Assembly (NCBI GenBank): GCA_000934665.2
Contig: KZ538135.1
Coordinates: 1 to 64,000 of the forward strand
Length of the DNA stretch: 64,000 bases
Source: Catajapyx aquilonaris
Lineage: Eukaryota
Reading direction: 5' to 3'
Below, in pieces: positions 54,101 to 64,000 of this stretch (the stretch's first letter is position 1; the number at the start of each line of letters is the position of its first letter). The notes beneath the pieces are model-generated. The model searched no databases. It was given only the letters and a program-made list of their open reading frames with translations, and had not been told where the DNA came from. The translations under genes were made by a program, and so were the position numbers.

Positions 54101-57100
54101 CATCACTACCGAGTCTCTCAAGGAAGATCCTATTGTTAATGCTCTGTAATGAATTTGATGCTTTTTAGGAACAAAAAACATCAAAAAAGCATCACACATG
54201 GAGAAAGGATTTTAAATGCCTTTGTGATGCTCTTTTGATGTTTTTTTGTTGCTAAAAAGAATCGGAAACATTAAAAGAGCATCACAAAATCGTTTCTCCA
54301 TGGGTGATGCTCTTTCGCAGCGCTTTGCGGGTTTACAGTGTATCTGGCTATCAGAAGACACACAGATGGTGAGAGAAACTGCAAGTAGACGAAGCCACCA
54401 CCTACATAGCTCTTGGGGGTCATTGGAGGAAACCCTACTTGAAAACCGATTCAAAACCCATCATGTCCGGTCCACTACCTCCCCATGTCCTTCCCCCCAT
54501 CCCTCCTGCGGCGCCATAGAAGAGGATTTGATAGCACAGAGGGCAAGTCCTAACACCCTCAGGGGGGAGGAGGATTATCCCAAAACAAATCNNNNNNNNN
54601 NNNCCCCCCCCCCCCCCCCCCCTTGTTAACGTCTTTATTTTTCGACAACGCTCCGACAGTAGCAGGCGCGTCCGGAACATCCAATTAGCGTTTTGTTTGG
54701 AGGCAATAAGGATGCAAAATGGCCGCTCACATCCCCGTCAAAGCGGTCCAATTAGACCCAAAGTTTTACACCTTTTGTTACACATTGCTGCACTTCTCAC
54801 CAAGGAGCGGTGGGTCATCCGGAGAGGTCAGGATGCTAAGAAGACGGCTTTTTTGGTTCTTCTATACATGTAGCAATGCTATATATAAAAGACCAAGCTT
54901 TAATTTCCGGAAATGTATCACGCCATGTTGCTCCCAATATGGGCCATCTGGATCTCTAATCAAACTCGTCCGTGCCAAACTTTACCCTAGGTACCGCCTA
55001 TTGGCGCACACACCCATAAGGGAGCAGACCAAAAAAAAAAAAAAAAGGTTATATAAAATCGAATAGGGGGATCACGCCTATTTGGAGGCTTGCGTGTTTT
55101 GGGGCTTCCCCAACAGGACATGGGAGGGGAAGTCAAGAGGCGCTGGGTATGGAAGACTTTTGGACACGCACACACGTTTTTTATTATTGTCAGTGTGTGT
55201 CAGTTGGCCTTCTGTGTCATTGGATCAGTCACGACTGGTCAGAAATTGTGCCGGCTAGTACAGTACATACTTCATCGCTGGCCGTTACACCTGAACGCAG
55301 GCCTCATGAGTATGTGGAACAATGCCTTGATATGAGTACGTAGAACAACGCATGACTCTCTATGAGTATGTGGAACAATGCCTTGATATGAGTACGTGGA
55401 ACAACGCATGACTCTCTATGAGTACGTGGAACAACGCATGACTCTCTATGAGTACGTGGAACAACGCCTCGCTATGAGTATGTGGAACAATGCCTCGCTA
55501 TGAGTATGTGGAACAATGCCTCGCTATGAGTATGTGGAACAATGCCTTGTTATCAGTACATAAAACAACGCCTCGTTATGAGTACATGAAACAACACATT
55601 AGGCCTACTCTCTATGAGTACGTGGAACAATGCATGCCTCGCTATGAGTACGTGGAACAACACATGACTCTCTATGAGTACGTGGAACAACGGATGACTC
55701 TCTGTGAGTATGTGGAACAACGGATGACTCTCTATGAGTACGTGGAACAATGCCTTGATATGAGGACGTATAACAACACATGCCTCGCTATGAGTATGTG
55801 GAACGATACTTCGCTATGAGTACGTGGAACAATACATGCCTCGCTATGAGTATGTGGAACGATACCTCATGAGTACGTGAAACAACACGTGCCTCGCTAT
55901 GAGTACGTGGAACAATGCCTCGTTATGAGTACATGGAACAACGCATGACTCTCTAAGAGTATGTGGAACACATGCCTTGCTACGAGTAACAATGTGCACC
56001 GGCTTCAAAAACACCTTGCTCTCTACCGGCTCCACTGGAAAGCAGAATTAGACGCAGGGGAGGGTAGAGGGGCAGACCAGGATCAAAATTTAATTTAAAG
56101 TAAGCTGCGTGTGTGACCTCCAGGACATGCTTCCTGCTTGCACAGACAAAACAGCAGCCGCCCTACCTCGAAAATGGCTATCACCAAGGAGACATGCTCA
56201 TCCCCCCCAAAAAAAGCAACTGGAAGGAAATCAATTTTAACACCACCTCCCCCTTCTTTCTCCATCAAAACGCAATCTCCCAAATACAATATAGCTTCGG
56301 TACAACGGTAGCACCGTTGAGTTTACATATCCTGATCAGTGTGGGGCGGTACGGGAGGGCCGGCTTTTCCACTATTTAACCTGGGATTCCGGTTCAATTT
56401 TTGGAGCCCCGCTCTGGAAATTGCTGGTGTGCTCCAGGAAAATATTTGACTAGCAAACTGGCAGTCCCTTCCAATTTACCTTTTTTTTTCTCTCTCTCTC
56501 TCTCGGCGGTCTAACTCCCCATTTTCGGCATAGAAAGCAACACACCACAGCGGATTAAGTCTGGTAACCGAACCAAATGGCACTGGGTACTATGGGAGAA
56601 TAAAAAAAAGAGCGATGATTTAATTTCAAACCACTTCACAGGGGGGGAAAGACAGAAAAATAGAAGGTAGTTGCAGTCAGCTTAAGGCCTCCCCCACCCA
56701 GTCTCTTGATCACCATGAATAATAGACACCCACCTCCCCACCCTCAACTCTTAGTGAATCGGCCTCCTCCCCCTTGACAAGTGAACCGTGCTGAGTGGCT
56801 CTCATTACCCGAGGGAGTCAGCCCTTGCAATTTTTTTCTACAGAGTGGGACGGGAGGGGGGGGNGGGGGGGGGGGGGGCTTGAAGTGTAAGCCCACCCCA
56901 TCCGACCAAACCTTTTCAAAGAGAGGCAGAGAGTTAAAAAAAAAAGGTCTCCTTGCAACTACATCCATTTGACATGAATTCTGCATGGCTCCTCTAGGGG
57001 TCGCTGCAAGTGAGTTAAATGGCGACCAATTCGATTTTGCAACTTGTGCGCTTTTAATGTTGGGGGAAAGCTCTTAAGTGCTCTCTTTATGCTCACGTGA

Positions 57101-60100
57101 GCGCCATGGGTAAATAGTATGGGTGCTGGAAAAAAAGGGGGGAAGGGCGGATTTTTTTTTTTTCTGTGCTGCGGAAAAGTTTGGTCCCATGTATCGGATC
57201 GGTAATGGCTGCTTGAACAGATCACTTAACTGGCAGTGTCCCACGTGTGTTGGCGGTGCAATGTACACATCCGCATTACAACCAGCGATATGAATTTGTT
57301 TCATAGCCGAGTACTTCACGCTTAAATTACTGTATTTGACACCATACAAGACACACTTTCCACTTAAAAAATTGCTCAAAAAATTGCCCTGCATCTCACA
57401 TGTGAAAACACACTAAAAGCTTTTTTTCTGAATATTATCTGCTAAAATGGGGTACATCGTATGTGCCTGTGTGTCTTATATGACATCAAATACTGAAGTT
57501 AACTACAGGCGCACTCTACCTGATGACATCCTGCACCCTTATCCACACGTCCTCTCGCAGACGCTTCCTTTTCTTTGGTCCTTCGATGCATTCTGTCAGG
57601 TCGTCCAGGTTGTTGAACACGACAGCCAGCATGTTGAGAAGTGAACCTGAAGGAAACGAACATGATCAGTTTATTCATCAACATACAACATTACGTGTTC
57701 AACTTACCGGCAATGGCATCCACTGGCAGAGATGGCTCACCGCCGCTGGGCGAGCTGCACTGGAACCGCCCCTGGTCTGGGATGAGGATCTGCGTGATAA
57801 AAACCTGGCATTAGCAACGCAATGTTATTGGAATAACGACATTCATGAAGCCTCCGCACACACCCCCATTTCCAAACCCATGACCCCTTGGGGCATTTTT
57901 GGGGAGATGGACTGGTGCGGAGGGGGGCACCCTCTCCCAGGCACTATGTATACCACCGCATTGCGCCAGCATTCCCCCAGGAACTTAAAAAGTAGATAGA
58001 CGCTCCCCACATAACACAGCCCCCTGGAATACTCCCCAGGAGAACCCGCACCATGTCCTGAGGGACAGGAGCTTTGCCCCAAAAGGCCCGTCCTCACTAT
58101 ACATGTGAAAAAATGCACTCACGCCAGACACCTTTCACGTGAGCAAAATTGATATAAATGCATTTTGCCACGGGGTCCCACAGGCCCATGTGCATCTGAC
58201 GCGTATTGGCACCATTTCATTCCCTGCATATCTAAAACAACATACTCCGAGCGCTTGTGCTGGCCCATTCGACAAATCATTAGACCTATTGGCTATGCCT
58301 ATATTTGTCTGGGGTGAGTCATCAGCTAGGTGCATGTAGTACCACTACCCCTCTCTTGACCCAGAGTGTGGTTGTCGTAGTGTGCAGAGAGTGATAAAGC
58401 GCCACCTATGTGACGAATATGGTATACTATGCAAATTAAAGAAAAATTACCGAAAAATTAAAATTGGAATATTAATTAATAACAATCAATAAAATATCGA
58501 TCAAAATAATACATCGCGAAATAGTCATTAAGAATAATATATAATATATTAAATATTAAATAAACTAACAAATAATCAATCAATCAATAAAATAATAAAT
58601 ACGTGAAGAAATAAAATAATTGGTAATAATATTGATAAAAAATTAATACTTGGAAAAGTAATTAGTCTAATAAAATAATAATTCATAATGAATGAATAAA
58701 TTTTAATAGCACAATAATGATAACTAATATATAAGGTAATTATTAACAAAATAACCAATAAGGTAATTACCAAAATAACTAATAAGATAGTTAACAAAAT
58801 AACTAAAAAAAATAATAAATAAAATAATATATTAACAAAATAACTAAAAAAAATAATAAATAAAATAATATATTAACAAAATAACTTAAAATAATAAATA
58901 AAATAATAAATAATAATTGATAAATTAATCTATAATAATCGGAAAAGTAGTTAGTGATAATTAACAAACTATAATAATCACGAAAACGTGAATCAAATAT
59001 ATATTAATAAATAATAAAATAACTAAAATAATTATATAGCTACATTTAAATAAATTTTTAAATTTAAACATACATAACCAGAGGTTTATCTTGATTTGAC
59101 CTGATCTTAACTGCCCGTTAAATGCGGTTGTTGCAACCAGTGCTGTTAAAACTTCCAACTATGTTTCCGTGGACCGAAGGCAGACATTTTAGCTTGATTT
59201 TCTCTGACTGAGGAAAAACCCAGACACAAGCCTGATTTACGAGACATTTAATCGGCAATCTGTCCGCTCGACGGACCAGGATGATGATGGGCCATGCAGA
59301 AGAAGCCAGCCCTTTTATTACACGAAAAAAAAAGGGGGGGACAAAAATTTTCATCTCCAGTAAACAAATGGGAAGGGGAGGCCAATAACAAGAAGCACTT
59401 TTTTATTTTGCTGAATCGAGAAGAATTGTTGCGTCAATCAAGAGGGGCATTGAATTGAGGGAGGGAGGGAGGGAGGAAATTTGAATAGGGGAGGGTAGGG
59501 TGTGTGCAAAAAGAGCGAAAGAAAGTTCTATTGTCATGTGCGAATCTTGCAAGGGTAGGCAAAAATCGACCCCCACCATCATTCAGAGAGGGGGTCAGTA
59601 AAACAGGGGAATGGCTCCTAAATCGGTTATGGGCAGGAGGTTAAACTGGTTATATCAAATTATGCCGTGTCAGGTTGCAGGGGAGGTTAAATGACCCGAT
59701 TGGCTCTAGTAGCACATGGTGACACAGAAAGACCTCTCCTGTATTTACTAAGTTGATATTTTATTAAATCTTCTATGTTTCATTCGATACTTTACTGTAG
59801 CTAATATTTTAAATCCATACTTCACATTATATTCAATATTACATTCAGCTACTTTTCGTTTTCACTAATATTACATTCAGTTATTTTTTGTTTTCACTAA
59901 TATTATATTCAGCTACTTTTTGTTTTCACTAATATTATATTCAGTTATTTTTTGTTTTCACTAATATTATATTCAGTTATTTTTTGTTTTCACTAATATT
60001 ATATTCAGTTATTTTTTGTTTTCACTAATATTATATTCAGTTATTTTTTGTTTTCACTAATATTATATTCAGTTATTTTTTGTTTTCACTAATATTATAT

Positions 60101-63100
60101 TCAGTTATTTTTTGTTTTCACTAATATTTTCATTTTATTCAATATCAAATATTTTATTGTATCAAATATTTGTATTCCACTCATTATATATTCACTTCAT
60201 ATGTTATATTATATTCAACAATTCTATGCAATATTTCATATTATGTAATATTCTATTTTATTCAGTAATCAATATTTTATATTACGTAATACTTATGTAA
60301 TATTTTATTTCATGTAATACTTATGTAATATTTTATTTTACATAATAGGCCTACTTATGTAATATTTTACTTTATGTAATACTTATGTAATATTTTATTT
60401 TACGTAATACTTATGTAATCTTTTATTTTACATAATACTTTATGTAATATTTTATTCCATATTTTTATTGTACTAGATATTTCATTTAAGTCAATATTTT
60501 CTCATAATATTTTATTCCTTTAATGTTTTGTTCACTTATTCGTTTACTATTTCATACACTATTTAACACTCATTTTATTAATTCATGTAATTAAGAACGA
60601 TTTCATTTTTATTATATTAATTAATAATTTAATCATACCTAACTATTTATTTATTATATTGCATTCATTTAATTAGGGGTTATTTATTTTTATTACATTT
60701 AACTATTAATTAAATATACTATAATTTATTATGTTGTATTCATTTAATAACTTATTTATGTTGTATTCATTTAATTATTTATTCACATTTATGGTGTGGG
60801 TACTGGTACTTCATGTTCACATTTATTCATTTTGTTTCCATTCACTCATCAGGAAATGAGGTGGTAACGCATCTCATTCACACAATATCCTCATCCTGCC
60901 AAACCTAGCAGTGAACATCGCACCTGCATAAAACATCCTGATAACAGGCCTTTTTTCAGAGAACACAATGCATGACCGTAGTGTTCCTCCCCAGAATGGG
61001 AGTACACTCCAGGAGCGGAGGCAAATGGCCAGAAGTCGTCATGGGGCTGAACACAAATCCCTTTTCCTTCCCCCTCCTCTCTCTCTCTCTCTCTTGCTCT
61101 CCCCTCCTCCAGCCGACATCCGCACCTCTCACAATTCCTACTCCATTTCCCATTCAACTCGATAACAATGTTGCAGGCGTCCGGCCATTCATCCTCACCC
61201 AAGATGAATGGCCCACATCTCCTCAAGCCAAGTGCCTTCCAACTGCCAAAACCCACCCTCGCCTATAAATTCGCGTTTGGGCCGAGCCTTGCGTAGGAAC
61301 CGGTTGGCTCAGGCCGTCCGTCTGTGGTCACCGGGACTCGGTCCAGAAAATGTCTGTGCATAGCCTCATACGTAGTGGTGCGAGCCTAGCATCCAAGCGG
61401 CAGCCATCCTTCACTTCCCAGATGTCTGAACCAATCCATGGCATGCACAACCCCCTGTGCTACCGGGTTTTGCTTCCTTACAACAATGAAATTGAATTAG
61501 CAGCATGATGGAGTGAAATTATAATGCAGGCTGGCAGGCAGAACTTGATATCAACGAGCCCTGTTCCCCAACCCCTCCCCAGAAAACCTCTTCCATAATG
61601 GCTGTGTGCCCAAGGAAAAGGGGGGGAAACTGCTGCGATCAGTTCATGGGTAGGAAACCTGTCTGCTCTTATTACACGAGCCCTCATTGTCGGGTTTGGT
61701 TCAGTGAAGAGGGGGGCACTGCTCCATACGCAGGGAATTGGCAGGGCCGGAAAAAATATATATGGGGAGAGACGGAAAGAAATTCGAGGTAATTCAGTTA
61801 CATGACTGGAAGCTGCTGTACCAGTGACTGTCACTATGAATAAGCCGTAACTTCACGGCCAGAACTGGTTTAATACGCAACCGGCATGTAAAAGCACAAC
61901 AAACTCAACACGCACCGAATATACAGATACGACAATGCAGAGGGGTTAGTCACTTATAAATGAAGTCCTTCGTACACCGAGACTGATGTCCATAAAGTGC
62001 CAATGAAATCTTTGAAGTCCAAGTGCAGTCCGTAAAGAGCAAAGTCTTTGAAGTCCAATTGAAGTCCATAATTTGCAGAAGTCTGGCTGAAGTCCGTAAA
62101 GTGTAGACAAAGTCCAACTGATACACTACAGGATGAAGTGACTAACCCCTCGAATAATGCCCAATTGAGTGTGGTCGCAAACATATTCAGCACTACCAGT
62201 TCACTGATGCAATGTTCGGACGATGCTCCTGCCTAGCAAAAATGGTAACGGTAGCGAGCCATAATAAAATGCATCACTTACGTTCAGCCGATTCACAAGA
62301 AGGTCGAGCACCGTCGCCACGTTGTTCGTCTGGAGCACGTAGGTCGCGTTGCCCGGGCATCCCTTGCATGCGAGAATCAGTGTGTTGCATGCAGTCTTCA
62401 CACATCTGCAAGTAATGAACGCTTTACTCAATAACTGTTCTTTGTAAATGTAAGCCCGAATTGCTTACTTGAAGGGAACGAAGTTGACGCTCTCGTTTTG
62501 ACACTCCTGAGTAAGCTTCAGCAGGTGGGTGACGGCTGTAAATCCGCCCATCGCCTGGAAAGCCAGCTGGTCGCCAACATTCTACAACAAGCCGATAATT
62601 AGTACCATTTCCGGGTGCCAATTAAACGGCTAATTACCTTCTTCTCAAGCATTCGATTGACCTCTCCGAGCGCCCTTTCCAAGGAGTTGACCGCGTTGTT
62701 GGGCCACGGGCCTTTCCCTTGAGACCCGTTCAGCCTGTGGAGCTCCTTCACACACTTGTGCAACTTCTGATTGCTTGCCTCTGCCGTTGGCCGCTGAAGC
62801 TTCTTCTCATTGTCGTCACCCCTGGTTTTCAGACAGGAGCAATTCAGTATTCAAATAACAGTGGTACATCCAACGAACATACCTTGCAAGCAGCCTCTGC
62901 CTGAGCTTCTTACATCGTTTCCGTAAAGCCTTCTGCCGCTCTCGGTCCAGCGCAACCTGCGGGTCCACCTTGTCCGCCGGGGCATCCACAATATGCTTCA
63001 GGCTATACGCATCAGTTGGATCCTGGTCGGCCGCATCCTGCTGCTTCAGTGCTTCCTGATGCGGCTTGCCTTTCAGATGACTCAGCAAGTACACCTCCGA

Positions 63101-63955
63101 TCCAATCTGTCGGGAAATACAGTTAGGACATGTCTGACGCAAAGAAAGTGTTCAATCCTCACCAGGATGTTGCATAGAGTGCACAGTTTCTTGGTCTGAT
63201 ATGGCGCCATACGAGGCGCATCGTCTGCTGAAGTCGCATTCGAGGAGAAACGTCCACCACTGAGCTCACAAGCACGCTGCCTTATCTGTTCTATGGTCTC
63301 CTCATGACGTCGAGCCGAACTCTCCTGCTTCTGCTGAATTTTCTTCTGTAGTTCTTCGATCGCCGCCTGCTTGCCTGCGTGCAGAGCTGACAAGCGCTCC
63401 TCACGGTCCCTAAATGCGACAAGTAATTACATGACTGCAATATATACTTCCTGGATAACTAACCTGGCCTTCTCTCTGGCAATTTCCAGCCGCTCTTTCT
63501 CCTTTTCCATCTGCTCTCGCTCGATACGTTCCTCCTGCTTTCTTCGCCTCTCCTGCAGCTCGTCCAGTTTGGCCTTCCTTTCCCTCTCCAGCTGTCTCCG
63601 TCTTTCCTCCACCGCTGCCTCCTTAGCCGCCTTCTCCTCCTGCTTCCTCTGCCGTTCCTCCTGGATGCCCTGAAGACGGCCCTCCTGCTCCTGGCACAAG
63701 GCCATGTAGTCGTGCCGCTTGTTGGCAGCTTCCAGTTCATTAATGAACGCTATCTCTCGTGCCTTCTCTTCCTCATCATGTGCCTTCTTAACAATATCCT
63801 GCAGATGCTCCTTTCGCTTCTGTTCCGCCCTGGCCATTCGGCGCTCCCAAAGGACTCGCCGTTGCTCCATCAGCTGCTCCTTACGTCCCCGAACTTCCTC
63901 GATGCGACGCCACAGTTCCTTGAGCTTCGACGCTTTTTCCTCCCTCTGCCGCTCC
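45086..63955 (-). CDS. SCAPER: SCAPER orthologue, 5'-partial spliced gene (13 exons in window, ~803 aa)
   Basis: Manually spliced exons join in frame at GT-AG sites (total 2413 nt = 1+804 codons incl. stop). The translation matches recalled SCAPER motifs: [97 protein letters not shown]. Confidence 0.95.
45849..46019 (-). CDS. SCAPER: SCAPER exon: [24 protein letters not shown]...ILEQDLSFE
   Basis: Acceptor atttcag, donor gag|gtcagt; 57 codons. Confidence 0.94.
46064..46409. repeat. Nested inverted repeats just upstream of a SCAPER acceptor
   Basis: Outer arms TACAGTGATGGACAT..GTGCTG / CAGCAC..ATGTCCATCACAGTA; inner palindrome TATCCTCCTGAGACC..GGTCTCAGGAGGATA (46156-46279). Confidence 0.7.
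47686..47899. mobile_element. Related CAGGGTG MITE in a SCAPER intron
   Basis: TA|CAGGGTGTCTCAACTTTTTTGTC ... AAAAAGTTGACACACCCTG; different internal sequence. Confidence 0.75.
48074..48235 (-). CDS. SCAPER: SCAPER exon: [14 protein letters not shown]...[11 protein letters not shown]
   Basis: Acceptor gttgcag, donor cag|gtaaat; 54 codons. Confidence 0.94.
48898..49147 (-). CDS. SCAPER: SCAPER exon: SKPGD...[22 protein letters not shown]...LDLNMFQ
   Basis: Acceptor gttcag, donor cag|gtatgg; inside ORF 48838..49155. Confidence 0.92.
49202..49348 (-). CDS. SCAPER: SCAPER exon: [11 protein letters not shown]...VRGPVDDEP...LID
   Basis: Acceptor ttcacag, donor gg|gtaagt; inside ORF 49198..49386. 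Confidence 0.92.
50791..50968. repeat. Inverted repeat, 66-bp arms with 1 mismatch, in SCAPER intron
   Basis: 50791-50856 pairs with 50897-50962; the spacer is itself a copy of the arm start. Confidence 0.8.
52064..52335. repeat. 20-bp minisatellite (CATGGTCCTGCTCAGGCTCA)
   Basis: Exact 20-bp period with gradually changing variants. Confidence 0.9.
53592..54330. mobile_element. Non-autonomous TIR element with many subterminal AAGAGCATCA/TGATGCTCTT motifs
   Basis: Ends CCGCAAAGTGC...AAAGAGCATCACCCATGGA and TCCATGGGTGATGCTCTTT...GCGCTTTGCGGG are inverted copies. Confidence 0.6.
55305..55990. repeat. 26-30-bp minisatellite (CTATGAGTACGTGGAACAACGCATGACTCT)
   Basis: Direct inspection; explains the YEYVEQ ORF. 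Confidence 0.9.
57520..57646 (-). CDS. SCAPER: SCAPER exon: [10 protein letters not shown]...PKKRKR...RVQDVI
   Basis: Acceptor ccttcag, donor ag|gtagag; RVQDVI+SY matches SCAPER RVQDLISY. Confidence 0.88.
57708..57789 (-). CDS. SCAPER: SCAPER exon: [10 protein letters not shown]...PVDAIA
   Basis: Acceptor cacgcag, donor g|gtaagt; phases fit both flanking exons. Confidence 0.82.
59830..60460. repeat. 32-bp and ~28-bp AT-rich tandem repeats
   Basis: TTTTCACTAATATTATATTCAGTTATTTTTTG (~9 copies), then TAATACTTATGTAATATTTTATTTTACA. Confidence 0.88.
62282..62405 (-). CDS. SCAPER: SCAPER exon: [19 protein letters not shown]...DLLVNRLN
   Basis: Acceptor cttgcag, donor aac|gtaagt; in frame. Confidence 0.9.
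62469..62581 (-). CDS. SCAPER: SCAPER exon: [21 protein letters not shown]...VPF
   Basis: Acceptor ttgtag, donor aa|gtaagc; resembles NVADQIAFQAAGGLTAL. Confidence 0.9.
62638..62821 (-). CDS. SCAPER: SCAPER exon: GDDNEKK...[25 protein letters not shown]
   Basis: Not in the ORF track. Read manually between aaccag| and |gtaatt; resembles SCAPER GSWANNKVSALDRTLGEITRILEK. Confidence 0.9.
62883..63106 (-). CDS. SCAPER: SCAPER exon: [16 protein letters not shown]...RQRLLA (second half of C2H2 finger)
   Basis: Acceptor ccgacag, donor ag|gtatgt; completes C-x2-C-x12-H-x5-H. Confidence 0.93.
63163..63409 (-). CDS. SCAPER: SCAPER exon: DREERLSAL...[10 protein letters not shown] (first half of zinc finger)
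   Basis: Acceptor atttag, donor ctg|gtgagg; phase consistent with neighbours. Confidence 0.93.
63464..63955 (-). CDS. SCAPER: SCAPER exon: charged coiled-coil region (RERQREEK...EKAR)
   Basis: Within ORF 63427..63984. Acceptor tttgcag at 63956 (an alternative cag at 63979 is possible); donor ag|gttagt at 63463. Confidence 0.9.
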
Positions 63956-64000
63956 CTGCAAATCGTACGCATTACAACCTGCAAAGACGCTTCTAGTCGT

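Noticed and set aside
55490..55819. YEYVEQ repeat protein
   Set aside because: Translation of a 26-30-bp intronic minisatellite with frame-breaking unit lengths.
61954..62232. Extra SCAPER exon after a 49-nt intron
   Set aside because: No similarity to SCAPER, and VNRLN joins directly to ILIPD at 57789 as expected from homology.
63371..63996. Plus-strand ORFs opposite SCAPER exons
   Set aside because: Antisense shadow frames of the coiled-coil coding sequence.

Overview
Eukaryotic (animal, most likely arthropod-like) genomic DNA from a draft assembly with N-gaps at G/C homopolymers. No prokaryotic operons, CRISPR arrays, rRNA or intact tRNA genes are visible. The one well-supported gene is the 3' part of SCAPER (S-phase cyclin A-associated protein in the ER) on the minus strand. 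It has 13 coding exons from ~63955 down to the stop at 45086, about 803 aa after manual splicing, all GT-AG and in frame. They encode the coiled coil, a C2H2 zinc finger and the helical C-terminal region; the N-terminus lies beyond the window. The first ~45 kb has no recognisable gene apart from one weak candidate terminal exon at 1407-1677. That region and the large SCAPER introns are a mosaic of short GC-rich unique islands, many unrelated minisatellites, three tRNA-derived SINEs with clear TSDs, TA-flanked Tc1/mariner-type MITEs and several long palindromes. The most notable observations are SINE tail swapping, a Deu/Nin-like SINE inserted into a tandem-repeat unit, a tandem array of pre-miRNA-sized hairpins, and minisatellites whose units carry E2F, DRE and YY1/Pho motifs. 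I see no clear evidence of a new protein-based system.
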